The notes: generated from the letters alone by a model not told the origin. Counted from the stretch's first letter, positions 47,988 through 58,303 are shown. The stretch: 64,000 nt of DNA from Candidatus Eiseniibacteriota bacterium (GCA_963717505.1 OY970342.1:1632001-1696000); one strand, 5' to 3'. A program made the numbers and translations.

Positions 47988-48632
47988 GTGAAGCTTGTGA
48001 TGAAGTCGGTTCTCGGAACGGTCGCGTGCGTGGCGTTGTCGCTCGCCGGACTCGATGCATCGCCGATTGCAGCGCAGACGCTGCGTCTCAACGAAATCCT
48101 GCCGGGCCCGGCGCGCGACTGGGACGGCAGCGGGACGTTCTCGTCCCGCGACGACGAGTGGATCGAGGTCGTGAATGCCGGGGCGGGGCCGCTCGACCTG
48201 GCCGGCTGGTTCGTGACCGACGGCGACTCGATTCCGCGCTACGCGTTTCAGGGCACGCTCGATGCCGGAGTGCGGCGGATGGTAACCGGGCGCGAGTCGT
48301 ACGATTGGGAACGAGCCTCGGGATTTCCGGCGTTCGGTTTCTCACTGGCGAATTCCGGCGACGCGGTCTTGTTGTGGCAGGTGACGGGCGACGACACCAC
48401 CCTGGTCGATCAGTACGCCTACCGGGCGCACGAGGCGGCAGCCGACCGCGCGATCGGCCGATTGCCGGAGGGCACGGGGGCGTGGGTGCTGTTCGACGGA
48501 CTGAATCCCTACACCGGCGCGACACCGCCGCCCGGGAGCGGCTGTCCGCCGACCCCCGGCGGCAGCAATGCGTGCGCTACCACGCCGGTCCATTCCGCCA
48601 CCTGGGGCGCGGTGCGCAAACTCTATCGATAG
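47988..48632 (+). CDS. Secreted lamin-tail-domain protein with TWGAVRKLYR tail
   Basis: RBS AGGAG; signal peptide; LRLNEILPGP..DWDGSG..DDEWIEVVN, LANSGDAV, PTPGGSN. Confidence 0.85.
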   Translation: MKLVMKSVLGTVACVALSLAGLDASPIAAQTLRLNEILPGPARDWDGSGTFSSRDDEWIEVVNAGAGPLDLAGWFVTDGDSIPRYAFQGTLDAGVRRMVTGRESYDWERASGFPAFGFSLANSGDAVLLWQVTGDDTTLVDQYAYRAHEAAADRAIGRLPEGTGAWVLFDGLNPYTGATPPPGSGCPPTPGGSNACATTPVHSATWGAVRKLYR

Positions 48633-48806
48633 GGTTTGTTCGAGATTTCGGGCCCAGAGGGGGAAGTCGGACTCATGGGCTGCCGGGCGGCGAGTCGGAG
48701 ACGTGCGTAGCCAGGGATGGCGGAGCACGTCGATGTCTCAGCGAAGCGAAGCAGGATGCGAAGCGAAGCGGCCGCCAGGCTGGCCATGAGACCGACTTCA
48801 GCAGCC

Positions 48807-49910
48807 TCAGGGCGTCGCGCCCGGTGCGGGCTTGGCCGGCGCCGCCTCGCCGTGCGGCGCCAGCTCGGCGACCAGTGCCTGGATGATCGCCGCGAGCGGC
48901 AGGGCGACCATCACGCCCGCGGCGCCGAGCAGCCTGCCTCCGGCGAGCACGCTGATCGTGACCACGAACGGATGGAGTTGCAGGTAGCGGCCCATCACGC
49001 GGGGGGCGACGAAGATCCCGACCAGGTTGTTGACCACGACGTACACGGCGAGCCCGATGACCAGGTGCGTCGGACCTGCGACCAGGCCGGCGACCGCGAT
49101 CGCGACTGCGACGATCAGGAATCCGAGATAGGGAATGACTTCGGCGACGCCGGCGAGCACGCCGATCAGCAGCGCATACGGGAAGCGGAAGGCCTCGAGC
49201 ACCAGGCCGGTCGAGATTCCGACGACCAGACACACGATGCCTTGTCCACGAACGTAGGCGCGGAGCGCTCGATCCACCGCATTGGACAGCGAGCGCAGGC
49301 GCGAGTGGTGTTCCGGCGGGACGAAGCGGAACACGCTGTCGCGCACCTGTCCGCCTTCGGCCAGCAGATAGAACGAGAGCAACGGCAGCACCAGCACGCC
49401 GAGCAGTTGGCCCAGGCCGCCGAACACCGCGCCGGCGCCGCCGGCCACGGTCCGCGCCAGCATGCCGGCGATGTCATCGGTGCTGGTGCGCAGCGCCTCG
49501 GCGGTCGGGCCGACATAGCCTTCGAGGCCATGGCCCTCGGCGTACTCGCGGAGATCGTAGGCGATGCCCGCCACCATTCCCGGCAGCGTTTCGAGGAATC
49601 GGCCGACTTCGGCGAACAGGCGCGGCGCCCCGAACGCGATCGTCCAGCCGACGACCACGACCACGGCCAACACGACAATCAGGCTCGCGATACCGCGCGA
49701 GACATTGAGGCGACCAAGATGAATGCGTTCCAGGACGCGCACGGGGGGCTCGAGCGCGTACGCGAAGATCAACGCCAGGCCGGCCAGCACCACGAGATCG
49801 CGCAGCACCCAGAACAACAGCGCCACCAGCAGGACGGCGGCTTCGCCGAACCACGCGGGGCGGGGGGTAACTGAGGGCGTTCCGTCGCTCACAGGCGGGC
49901 ACCGTACCAT
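48807..49910 (-). CDS. AI-2E/PerM family transporter
   Basis: AYALEPPV, YVRGQ, EVIPYLG, APRVMG..LQLHP, GAAGVMVALP; multiple TMs; start uncertain. Confidence 0.9.
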   Translation of the reverse strand: MVRCPPVSDGTPSVTPRPAWFGEAAVLLVALLFWVLRDLVVLAGLALIFAYALEPPVRVLERIHLGRLNVSRGIASLIVVLAVVVVVGWTIAFGAPRLFAEVGRFLETLPGMVAGIAYDLREYAEGHGLEGYVGPTAEALRTSTDDIAGMLARTVAGGAGAVFGGLGQLLGVLVLPLLSFYLLAEGGQVRDSVFRFVPPEHHSRLRSLSNAVDRALRAYVRGQGIVCLVVGISTGLVLEAFRFPYALLIGVLAGVAEVIPYLGFLIVAVAIAVAGLVAGPTHLVIGLAVYVVVNNLVGIFVAPRVMGRYLQLHPFVVTISVLAGGRLLGAAGVMVALPLAAIIQALVAELAPHGEAAPAKPAPGATP

Positions 49911-49926
49911 GCTCGACCCGATTCGG

Positions 49927-49956
49927 TTGACCGGCGCGATTGGCCCCCCCTATAGT
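49927..49956 (+). promoter_or_regulatory. sigma70 promoter of tRNA-Leu/smpB operon
   Basis: TTGACC-N18-TATAGT followed by a GC-rich discriminator. Confidence 0.7.
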
Positions 49957-49968
49957 CCTCCGCCGCGT

Positions 49969-50055
49969 GCGGAAGTGGCGGAACTGGCAGACGCACTAGA
50001 TTCAGGTTCTAGCGCCCGAAAGGGTGTGGGGGTTCAAATCCCCCCTTCCGCACCA
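49969..50055 (+). tRNA. tRNA-Leu(CAG)
   Basis: Acceptor GCGGAAG/CTTCCGC, anticodon arm CTAGA-TTCAGGT-TCTAG, long variable arm, GGTTCAAATCC, encoded CCA. Confidence 0.97.
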
Positions 50056-50088
50056 TTCCCGTCGCGCCGAGGCCTGCCGAGCTCCTAG

Positions 50089-50565
50089 ATGCCCGAGTCC
50101 ACCGAGTCCGGCCGTCGCGCCATCGCGCTCAACCGCCGCGCCCGCCACGAGTACTTCATTCTCGAAACGTTCGAGGCGGGCCTGGTGCTGTCGGGCACCG
50201 AGGTGAAGAGCTTGCGCCACGGCAAGGCGAGTCTGGCCGAGGCCTACGCCACCATCGAAGAGGGCGAAGCCTGGATCCTGCAGATGCACATTCCTCCTTA
50301 CGCGCAGGGGAACCGTTGGAACCTGGATCCGGTCCGGCGGCGCAAGCTGCTGCTCCACCGCCGGCAAATCGAGCAGCTGGCGCGTGCGATCGAGCAGAAG
50401 GGACAGACCCTGGTGCCGCTGCGTCTCTACTTCAGCCCGCGAGGCCAAGCCAAGCTCGAGCTGGCGATCGCCCGCGGCAAGAAGTCGTACGACAAGCGCC
50501 AAACGATTGCCGAGCGCGATGCGCGCCGCGAGATCGATCGGGCGCGGCGGAGCCGGGACCGGTGA
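50089..50565 (+). CDS. smpB: SsrA-binding protein
   Basis: NRRARHEY, EAGLVLSGTEVKSLR, RKLLLHRRQI, ARGKKSYDKR. Confidence 0.97.
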   Translation: MPESTESGRRAIALNRRARHEYFILETFEAGLVLSGTEVKSLRHGKASLAEAYATIEEGEAWILQMHIPPYAQGNRWNLDPVRRRKLLLHRRQIEQLARAIEQKGQTLVPLRLYFSPRGQAKLELAIARGKKSYDKRQTIAERDARREIDRARRSRDR

Positions 50566-52064
50566 GCGGAACCACGAGGCGAGGGCGCGACGCCACGTGC
50601 TCCCGCGCCAGAGCCGGGACCCTGGGGCTGGTGTCGGCAGCGATCGCGTTGTTGTCGATCGCGTGGCCCGCGCTCTACGTCGAAGTCGCGGCACAAGTCC
50701 CGGCGGAGCCGCCGGCCGAGGCCCCACTGAGCACCGATTGGCGGACGTTGGTCGGTGGACCCGGTCCCGACTGGGCGCCGGTGGTCGACCAGGGCGGCGC
50801 CCTCTACGTTCCGGCCGGCGATTTCGCGCGCCTGCTCGACGCCACCAAGTTCTGGCGCGGCGACCTGCGCAAGCTCGTGCTGCGGGTGCGCTCGCATCGC
50901 ATCCAGCTCACGGTCGACAATCCGTTCGTGGTGGTGGACGATCGCACGCTGCTCCTCGATCAGCCGGTGCGTTCGCGCGGCGGCGAGGTCGCGGTCCCGG
51001 TCGCGCTGGTCGATTCGCTGGCAGCCGACACTGCGTTCGCTCGGCTGACCTACGATCCGGGCCGCAGCATCGTGCTGCGCGTGCCCGAAGCCGGCATCGT
51101 CGGCACGCCGCGGGTCGCCGTCGAGGGCGGCCGGACGCGCATCACCTTCCCGGTCGATCGTCCCGGGGAATTCGTGGTGGCCAGCCGCTCGCGCGCGCAC
51201 TTTCGCGTGCGCATGAGCGGGTTCTTCGCCGGGACGCTGCCGTCGACGTTCCCGCCCGGCAGCGCGGTGCGCTCGCTCAAGCCGATCGCCGCCGCGTCGG
51301 GCAGCGCGTTCGTGTTGCGGCTCACCGATGAGACCGGCGGATTCCGAGTGGTTCCCGACGTCGCGGCGCGCCGCGTGACGCTGATCTTCGATCGGGCCAG
51401 CGAGGGCCTCGAGCGATTCGCGCCCGAGGGGGCGAGCGGGCCGCGCGACCTGCGCGTGATCGTGCTCGATCCGGGTCACGGTGGCGACGACCCCGGAGTG
51501 GTTGCGAACAACGTCGTCGAGAAAGACCTGACCTTGAAGCTCGCGCGGCTGCTGCGCACCGAGCTCGAGCGCCGGCTCGCGGTGCGCGTCGTGCTGACCC
51601 GCGAGGACGACCGCGCGGTGCCCCCGGGCGTGCGCGCCGAGCGGGCCAATCGCGCGCGCGCCGACCTGGTGCTCGCGCTCCACTTCGACGGCGTCCCGGG
51701 CAGCCGCGTGCGTGGGGCCACCGCCTATTGCCCACCCGCCGCGTGGGCCGCGAGTCCGCGCGACGATCGTTCCGGCGCGATTCCGCTGATTCCCTGGCGC
51801 GATGTCGCGTTGCGCCACGCCGTGCGTTCGCGCGAGCTGGCCGAGAGCGTCCTCTCGGCCATCGAGCTTCGCGCACAGGGGCCGACCCGGCTGCGCGAGA
51901 TCCTGCCGCAGGCACTGCTCGGCGTGAACGCGCCCGGGGTGTTGCTCGAATGCGCGACGCTGACCTACGCCGGCGACCGGACGCGCGTCGCGAGTGTCGA
52001 AGGGCTCGACGACCTGGCGGCGACCATCGCCGACGGCATCGAGACCTATCAGCTCAATCCCTGA
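50562..52064 (+). CDS. N-acetylmuramoyl-L-alanine amidase (Amidase_3)
   Basis: VLDPGHGGDDPG, VEKDLTL, VLTREDD, RAERAN, LALHFD, VLLEC. Confidence 0.9.
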   Translation: MSGTTRRGRDATCSRARAGTLGLVSAAIALLSIAWPALYVEVAAQVPAEPPAEAPLSTDWRTLVGGPGPDWAPVVDQGGALYVPAGDFARLLDATKFWRGDLRKLVLRVRSHRIQLTVDNPFVVVDDRTLLLDQPVRSRGGEVAVPVALVDSLAADTAFARLTYDPGRSIVLRVPEAGIVGTPRVAVEGGRTRITFPVDRPGEFVVASRSRAHFRVRMSGFFAGTLPSTFPPGSAVRSLKPIAAASGSAFVLRLTDETGGFRVVPDVAARRVTLIFDRASEGLERFAPEGASGPRDLRVIVLDPGHGGDDPGVVANNVVEKDLTLKLARLLRTELERRLAVRVVLTREDDRAVPPGVRAERANRARADLVLALHFDGVPGSRVRGATAYCPPAAWAASPRDDRSGAIPLIPWRDVALRHAVRSRELAESVLSAIELRAQGPTRLREILPQALLGVNAPGVLLECATLTYAGDRTRVASVEGLDDLAATIADGIETYQLNP

Positions 52065-52065
52065 C

Positions 52066-52605
52066 ATGCCGAGACGCTGGCTCCTGCTCGCCCTGTTCCT
52101 CGCGGCCCTGGCGTGGGTCGCATTCGAAGTCGGCCGCGCTCCGGAGCTGCCGCCGGGCTCGGATGCCCGGCCCGACACGTCGTCGACCGGCTTCCGCGCC
52201 GCGCGCGTGTTCTTTGCCGATGCGACCGGCGACAGCCTGGTCGCCGAAACCCGGGAACTGCTCGACACGCCGAACCTGCACGACCGGGTGTCGGCGCTGA
52301 TCGCCGAGCTCGAGCGCGGACCCGAGAACGGTGGCCTGGGCACCTTGCCCGCCGGCACCGCGGTTCGGCACGTCTATCTGGACGACCGCGGGCTCCTGAC
52401 GCTCGACCTGAGCGCCCCGTTCCGCACCGGCTTTCGCGGGGGCTCGACTGCGGAGTACCTTGCTGTGGCCTCGCTGGTGCGCACGCTGGGTGCCAACCTG
52501 GGCGAGGTCCGGCGCGTGCTGCTGGTCTGCGCCGGCGAGCCGATTCCCACGCTCGCCGGGCATCTGCCGCTCGACCGGCCGATCGACGTCTCAGACCTGC
52601 CCTGA
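52066..52605 (+). CDS. GerMN domain protein
   Basis: N-terminal TM; LVAETRE, GP...TLP.GT, GGSTAE..V.SLVRTL, TLAGHL.L; usual amidase-GerMN-murI-rph context. Confidence 0.85.
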   Translation: MPRRWLLLALFLAALAWVAFEVGRAPELPPGSDARPDTSSTGFRAARVFFADATGDSLVAETRELLDTPNLHDRVSALIAELERGPENGGLGTLPAGTAVRHVYLDDRGLLTLDLSAPFRTGFRGGSTAEYLAVASLVRTLGANLGEVRRVLLVCAGEPIPTLAGHLPLDRPIDVSDLP

Positions 52606-52618
52606 CCGAGGAGACGAA

Positions 52619-53497
52619 ATGAGCGCCACCCCCCGCAGCGTGATCGAGCGCGAGTCCACCCGCGCCGGATCCGATCCGCGGCCGATCGGCGTGTTCGACT
52701 CGGGACTGGGCGGGCTGACCGCGGTGCGCGCGCTGATGCAGGTGCTGCCTTCGGAATCCATCGTCTACTTCGGCGACACGGCGCGCCTGCCCTACGGCAG
52801 CAAGTCGCGCGCGACGGTCACCCGATTCAGTCTCGAGATCGCGCGGTTCCTGCTGCACCACGACGTCAAGTGCCTGCTGGTCGCGTGCAACACGTCATCG
52901 TCGTACGCCCTGGCCGAGCTGGAATCGCGACTCGAGATCCCCGTGGTCGGCGTGATCGATCCCGCGGTGCGCGCGGCCCTGGCCGTGAGCCCGAGTGGCC
53001 GGATCGGCGTGATCGGTACGCTGGGCACGGTCGGCAGCAACGCCTATCCGCGCGCGATCCAGAAGTCCCATCCCGAGTCGCGGGTGGTCTCGCATGCGTG
53101 TCCACTGCTCGTGCCGCTGATCGAGGAAGGCTGGCTCGAGCATCCGGTGACGCGTGCGGTCGCCGCCGAGTATCTGGATCCACTGCGCGTCGCGAACCTC
53201 GAGGCCTTGATCCTCGGCTGCACTCACTATCCGCTGATCGCGCCGCTGCTCGGCGAGCTGATGGGGCCAAGCGTGCGCCTGGTCGATTCGGGCGCCGAGG
53301 CGGCGCGAGCGATGGCCGATCTGCTCGGCGCGCGCGCCATGCTCGGCGCCGGGCCCCCCGTACACCGCTTCTTCGTCAGCGACCGGCCGAACCAATTCGA
53401 GCGAATCGCGGAGGTGTTCCTCGGCCGCGCGATCCCGTCGACCACGGTGGTGGATCAAACCGATCTTCCCTGGTACGAGCGGACCCCCGAGGCGTGA
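52619..53497 (+). CDS. murI: Glutamate racemase
   Basis: [39 protein letters not shown]. Confidence 0.97.
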   Translation: MSATPRSVIERESTRAGSDPRPIGVFDSGLGGLTAVRALMQVLPSESIVYFGDTARLPYGSKSRATVTRFSLEIARFLLHHDVKCLLVACNTSSSYALAELESRLEIPVVGVIDPAVRAALAVSPSGRIGVIGTLGTVGSNAYPRAIQKSHPESRVVSHACPLLVPLIEEGWLEHPVTRAVAAEYLDPLRVANLEALILGCTHYPLIAPLLGELMGPSVRLVDSGAEAARAMADLLGARAMLGAGPPVHRFFVSDRPNQFERIAEVFLGRAIPSTTVVDQTDLPWYERTPEA

Positions 53498-53507
53498 GGG
53501 TCCTGCG

Positions 53508-54305
53508 ATGACGCGTCCCCCGCAGGCGATCCGCGAGCGCGCGCCGCGCGAAGCGCCGGTCCGGCGTCACGACGGCCGGAGCCCGCGCCAGCTGCGCCGT
53601 CTAGTGATCGAGCGTGGGGTGATCGCGCACGCCGAGGGTTCGGCGCAGGTGCGGATGGGGAAGACGCGCGTGCTGTGCACCGCCACGGTCGAAGAACGCG
53701 TGCCGAACTGGCTGCGCGGCCAGGCTCGTGGCTGGGTCACGGCCGAGTACGGCATGCTGCCGCGCTCGACCGGTGAGCGCACGCCGCGCACGGCGCAAAC
53801 CGGCGGGCGCGCGCAGGAGATCCAGCGTCTGATCGGACGTTCGCTGCGCGCGGTCACCGACCTCAAGGCGTTCGGCGAACGCGTGATCCTGGTCGACTGC
53901 GACGTGATCGAAGCCGATGGCGGCACCCGCACCGCGGCGATCAACGGCGCGCTGGTGGCGCTCCACGATGCGTTCGTGACGCTCTCCAATCGCGGTCATC
54001 TCCTGGGCCCGCCCTTGCGCGACGCGGTCGCGGCGGTCTCGGTCGGACTGGTCGACGGTGTGGCGTGCCTGGACCTCGACTACCCGGAGGACTCGGGCGC
54101 GCAGGTGGACATGAACGTGGTGATGACCGGCGCGGGTCGGTTCGTCGAGATCCAGGGCACCGGTGAAACCACCACGTTCGGCGACGACGACCTCAGGCGG
54201 CTGCTCGGACTCGCCCGCTCCGGAATCCGCCGCATCGTCAGCGCGCAGCGGCGCGTGATCGGGGACTCGGGCCTGGTTCCGTCGCCGGCCGCCGGCACCT
54301 CGTGA
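53508..54305 (+). CDS. rph: Ribonuclease PH
   Basis: [55 protein letters not shown]. Confidence 0.97.
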   Translation: MTRPPQAIRERAPREAPVRRHDGRSPRQLRRLVIERGVIAHAEGSAQVRMGKTRVLCTATVEERVPNWLRGQARGWVTAEYGMLPRSTGERTPRTAQTGGRAQEIQRLIGRSLRAVTDLKAFGERVILVDCDVIEADGGTRTAAINGALVALHDAFVTLSNRGHLLGPPLRDAVAAVSVGLVDGVACLDLDYPEDSGAQVDMNVVMTGAGRFVEIQGTGETTTFGDDDLRRLLGLARSGIRRIVSAQRRVIGDSGLVPSPAAGTS

Positions 54306-54916
54306 AGCTGGTCGTCGCCACCTTCAACGCCGACAAGCTGCGCGAACTCCGGGACCTCCTGGGCCTGGATGGCGTCACGCTGGTGAGCCTCAGGGAGTTT
54401 CCCGGCGCGGTGGCGCCCGACGAAGACGGTGCCACCCTGGCCGAGAACGCCGCGATCAAGGCCCGCGCCGCGCACGCCTTCACCGGCCTCCCCGCGATCG
54501 CCGACGACACCGGTCTCGAGGTGGCAGCGCTCGGTGGCCGACCCGGTGTGCACGCCGCGCGGTTCGCAGGGCCCCGTGCCACTTACTCGGACAACGTCGC
54601 CAAGCTGCTCGCCGAGCTCGAAGGCGTTCCGGCCGGGGAGCGCGGTGCGTGTTTTCGCACGGTATGCGTTGCGTCCTTCGGCTTGGGCGACGAAATCCTG
54701 GCCGAGGGCGTGCTCGAGGGGCGGATCACCGAAACGCCGCGAGGGCTCCAAGGCTTCGGCTACGACCCAGTGTTCGAGGTCGCAGGAACCGGCCGGACAC
54801 TGGCCGAGATGTCGATCGACGAGAAGAACCGCATCTCTCATCGAGCACTCGCGGCGCGTGCATTGGCGCGAAGGCTCTCCACCCGAGTGGCGGTGGCGGG
54901 TGAGTCGCCGAAATGA
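54302..54916 (+). CDS. rdgB: dITP/XTP pyrophosphatase (HAM1 family)
   Basis: [41 protein letters not shown]. Confidence 0.96.
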   Translation: MKLVVATFNADKLRELRDLLGLDGVTLVSLREFPGAVAPDEDGATLAENAAIKARAAHAFTGLPAIADDTGLEVAALGGRPGVHAARFAGPRATYSDNVAKLLAELEGVPAGERGACFRTVCVASFGLGDEILAEGVLEGRITETPRGLQGFGYDPVFEVAGTGRTLAEMSIDEKNRISHRALAARALARRLSTRVAVAGESPK

Positions 54917-55482
54917 GGCGATCGCGATTCCGGGCCCAGGCGGTTTTGGCCGCCCTGCTGCCGGTCACTCTGGTGGGCGGATGTTTCGTGTCCAAGCCAC
55001 CGCAAAATGTCGGCTTCGGACACGTCACCACCCTCCGCGAGCTCGAAGGCAGATACCGGAATCTGGGCGAGGCGAAAGAAGGCGAGCCGCCTCAGTACCT
55101 TTCGGCGATCATCTGGCCCTCGAGCCACCCAGGCCCGGACAGCATCGCGACCATCGAGGTGCGGGCCACCGGCGACACGCTCGTAACGGTGCGGGCGATC
55201 GGAGCGGATGGCACGACCATGAAGATCTCGACGTTCACCCGTGGAGTGCAGTTCGACCTCCATGAGGGGCGCCTGCTCTTGAGACCGAAGTCGCAAGGTG
55301 TGGTTCCGGCCCAGGATGGAGAGGTTATTCTCGGAGCTGTCTTCGAGACCGTGGAGCTCGGCATCGACGCTCATGGCGACGCCAAGTACAAGAGCACCCA
55401 AACCGCCGCGGGAGTGGTCTATCTAGTGATTCCGATCGTCGGCGGTGGAAGCACCGAGGTGCGCTTTCGCCGGCTGAACTAG
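54913..55482 (+). CDS. Hypothetical lipoprotein
   Basis: ATGA overlap with rdgB; lipobox-like LVGGC; protein-like composition. Confidence 0.6.
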   Translation: MRRSRFRAQAVLAALLPVTLVGGCFVSKPPQNVGFGHVTTLRELEGRYRNLGEAKEGEPPQYLSAIIWPSSHPGPDSIATIEVRATGDTLVTVRAIGADGTTMKISTFTRGVQFDLHEGRLLLRPKSQGVVPAQDGEVILGAVFETVELGIDAHGDAKYKSTQTAAGVVYLVIPIVGGGSTEVRFRRLN

Positions 55483-56708
55483 GGAACGACGCTCGCGGGC
55501 TCACGGGTCGAGCCCCAGTAGAGCGCGAGCGACGCCACCGCCAGGACCGCCGCCGCCAGGAATGCGGCGCCCGGCAGATGAATCGGAGCCGAGGGCGCGC
55601 TGAAGCGACCGAACAGTTGCGACATCATGGGCGGGCTCACGATCGCGCTCAGGGAATACAAGCTCGCGACCGCGCCCTGAAGCTCGCCTTGAGCGTCTCC
55701 GGGGACCCGTTTCGACATCAGCGCGTTGCTGCTCGGCATGACCATGGCGCCGAAGAACCAGGTCAGCAGCCACGCGAACATCATCCAGCCCCGGGTCGCG
55801 AATGCGTAGCCGGCGTACCCGACCGCCGCCACCGCGATTCCGAACAGGGCGGCCCGGCGCTCGCCGAGCCGCGGCACCAGGTAGCGCAGCAGCGTCGCCT
55901 GGCTCAACGCCATCACGCCACCGGCCATCGCCAGCGAAGCGCCGATGGTCGCGGTCGACCAGCCGAAGCGAAACTGGGTGTAGAAGCTCCAGGTCGCCGG
56001 CATCACCTGGTGAGCGACCGCCCACAGGAACAGCGCCCCGAGCACGCCGCGCACCACCGGCAGCCGCCGCATCTGGAGGATCGTCCCGAGCGGGTTCGCG
56101 CGGCGCCAGTCGAAAGCGCGCCGGCGCTCCCGCGGCAGCGACTCCGGCAGCACGAAGGTTCCGTAGATGAAGTTCACCAGGCTGAGGGCTGCCGCCGCGA
56201 AGAACGGCGCACGCGGGCCCAGCTCGCCGAGGAAGCCGCCGATCACCGGTCCGAGAATGAAGCCCGAGCCGAAGGCGGCGCTGACCAGGCCGAAGCTCTG
56301 GGCCCGGCGCTCGGGCGGACTGACGTCGACCACGTAGGCGTAGGCCGGCGTGAACGACGCCCCGGCCATGCCGGCGATCGCACGACCGACGAACAGCCAG
56401 GCGAGCGAAGGCGCCAGGCCCATGACCATGTAGTCGATCCCCAGAGCTCCGACCGCATAGAGCAGGACCGGCCGGCGTCCGAAACGATCCGAGAGGTTGC
56501 CGAGCACCGGTGCGCACACGAACTGCATGACCGCGTAAACGAACGACAGCCAGCCGCCGTAGATCGCCGCGCGATTCACCGGCTCGCCGGTCAGCTCCAC
56601 CAGCAGCGTCGGCAACACCGGCAGGATCAGCCCGAATCCGACCGTGTCGAGGAACACGGTCAAGACCACGAACAGGATCGCTCGGGTTCCGCCCGGGCGC
56701 GCGCTCAC
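55479..56708 (-). CDS. MFS transporter, TCR/Tet (DHA1) family
   Basis: [54 protein letters not shown]; GTGA overlap with pyk. Confidence 0.93.
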   Translation of the reverse strand: MSARPGGTRAILFVVLTVFLDTVGFGLILPVLPTLLVELTGEPVNRAAIYGGWLSFVYAVMQFVCAPVLGNLSDRFGRRPVLLYAVGALGIDYMVMGLAPSLAWLFVGRAIAGMAGASFTPAYAYVVDVSPPERRAQSFGLVSAAFGSGFILGPVIGGFLGELGPRAPFFAAAALSLVNFIYGTFVLPESLPRERRRAFDWRRANPLGTILQMRRLPVVRGVLGALFLWAVAHQVMPATWSFYTQFRFGWSTATIGASLAMAGGVMALSQATLLRYLVPRLGERRAALFGIAVAAVGYAGYAFATRGWMMFAWLLTWFFGAMVMPSSNALMSKRVPGDAQGELQGAVASLYSLSAIVSPPMMSQLFGRFSAPSAPIHLPGAAFLAAAVLAVASLALYWGSTREPASVVP

Positions 56709-58129
56709 GGATTGCCGCCCAGTCGATGCACGCGCAGATTGTTGGTCGAGCCGGGAGCGCCCATGCCGGACACCGCCACCACCAGATCGCCGGGGGCCGC
56801 GCGGCCGAGGTCGAGCATCGCGCGCTCGACCCGCGCGATCATCTCGTCGGTGTGCGCGGCCGTCGGCACCACGAAGGTCTCGACACCCCACACCAGGGCG
56901 AGCTGGCTGCGCACCGCCGGCTGCGACGTGAAGGCGAGCAGAGGAATCTCGCTGCGCTGGCGGGCGAGCCAGCGCGCGGTGCCGCCGCCCTCCGTGAAGG
57001 CCACCAGGGCTCGCGCGCCCAGATGATGCGCGACCTCGACCGCCGCCTGCGCGATCGCCTGCTGGCGGTTGGCCGGGGTCTCGATCAGCCGCGGAATGCG
57101 CCCGCCGGCGCCGGCCTCGGCGGCCGAAATGATCCGGGCCATGGTCTGCACCGTCGCGACTGGATCGCGGCCGACGCTGGTTTCGGCCGACAGCATCAGC
57201 GCATCGGCGCCGTCGAGCACCGCGTTGGCGACGTCCGAGGCCTCGGCGCGCGTCGGACGGCCGTGATCGACCATGGACTCGAGCATCTGGGTCGCGACGA
57301 TCACCGGTTTCGCGCGCTCGCGGGCGACCTGCACGGCGCGCTTCTGCACCAGGGGAACCTGCTCGAGCGGCATCTCGACCCCGAGGTCGCCGCGCGCCAC
57401 CATCAAGCCGTCGAACGCGTCCACGATCGCCTCGAGCTGTTCGACCGCCTCGGGCTTTTCGAGCTTGGCGATCACCGGCAGCTGGGCGCCGTGCGCCGCC
57501 ATCGCCTCGCGCACGCGCAGCACGTCCGCCGCCTCGCGCACGAACGACAGCGCGACTAGATCGACGCGCAGCGAGAGTGCGAACGCCAGGTCGTCGAGAT
57601 CCTTCTCGGTCAGCGTGGGTGCGCTGATCCGCGTGTCGGGCAGGTTGATGCCTTTGTGGTCCGAGACGACGCCGCCTTCGATCACGCGTGAGCGCACGGT
57701 GCCGCGATCGCGTTCGACGACTTCGAGTCGGACTCGCCCGTCGTCGAGCAGCAGCGTGTCGCCGGGCTCGACGTCGCGCGCGAGTGCCGCGTAGGTGGTC
57801 GAGGCGCGGCGAGCGTCGCCCTCGACCGGTTGGGTGGTGATCATGAACTCGGCGCCGGTTTCGAGCCTGGCCGTGCCGCCCCGGAACCTGCCGAGCCGGA
57901 TCTTCGGTCCCTGGAGATCGGCGAGTACGGCGACCGCGTGGCCGGCGGCGTCCGACGCCTGACGCACCCGCTCGTAGGCCGCGCGGTGCTGGTCGTGGGT
58001 GCCGTGGGAAAGATTGAGCCGCGCGACGTCCATGCCCGCCTCGACCAGTGCCGTGACGGCCTCCGGGGTCGACGAGGCCGGCCCCAGCGTGCAGACGATC
58101 TTCGCGCGTCGTCCTGCGCGCAGGCTCAT
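56705..58129 (-). CDS. pyk: Pyruvate kinase
   Basis: AKIVCTLGPAS, ARLNLSHG, DLQGPKIR, IAKLEK, MVARGDLGVE, ATQMLESM, PTRAEASDVANA. Confidence 0.98.
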   Translation of the reverse strand: MSLRAGRRAKIVCTLGPASSTPEAVTALVEAGMDVARLNLSHGTHDQHRAAYERVRQASDAAGHAVAVLADLQGPKIRLGRFRGGTARLETGAEFMITTQPVEGDARRASTTYAALARDVEPGDTLLLDDGRVRLEVVERDRGTVRSRVIEGGVVSDHKGINLPDTRISAPTLTEKDLDDLAFALSLRVDLVALSFVREAADVLRVREAMAAHGAQLPVIAKLEKPEAVEQLEAIVDAFDGLMVARGDLGVEMPLEQVPLVQKRAVQVARERAKPVIVATQMLESMVDHGRPTRAEASDVANAVLDGADALMLSAETSVGRDPVATVQTMARIISAAEAGAGGRIPRLIETPANRQQAIAQAAVEVAHHLGARALVAFTEGGGTARWLARQRSEIPLLAFTSQPAVRSQLALVWGVETFVVPTAAHTDEMIARVERAMLDLGRAAPGDLVVAVSGMGAPGSTNNLRVHRLGGNP

Positions 58130-58192
58130 CGTGTTGTGGTTCCCGGACGGCGGCGGGCCGTCATCAGCAGTGGGCCGTCATCAGGAGAGGAA

Positions 58193-58269
58193 TGGGGTGG
58201 ATGACGGGGCTCGAACCCGCGACCACTGGAGCCACAGTCCAGTGCTCTACCGACTGAGCTACATCCACC
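58193..58269 (-). tRNA. tRNA-His(GTG)
   Basis: G-1, acceptor GTGGATG/CATCCAC, C73, anticodon loop CTGTGGC, encoded CCA. Confidence 0.96.
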
Positions 58270-58303
58270 ACCACCGGATCCATCGCCTCGGAAGACGGTC
58301 CAC

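Noticed and set aside
48741-48769. GCGAAGCGAAGC duplicated between convergent genes
   Set aside because: Too short, only two copies, and not seen elsewhere in the window. Cannot be supported as a REP family.
55479-56708. Acquired tetracycline-resistance gene
   Set aside because: The TCR/Tet-like MFS family is widespread and chromosomal. There is no tetR or mobile element, and the substrate cannot be inferred.
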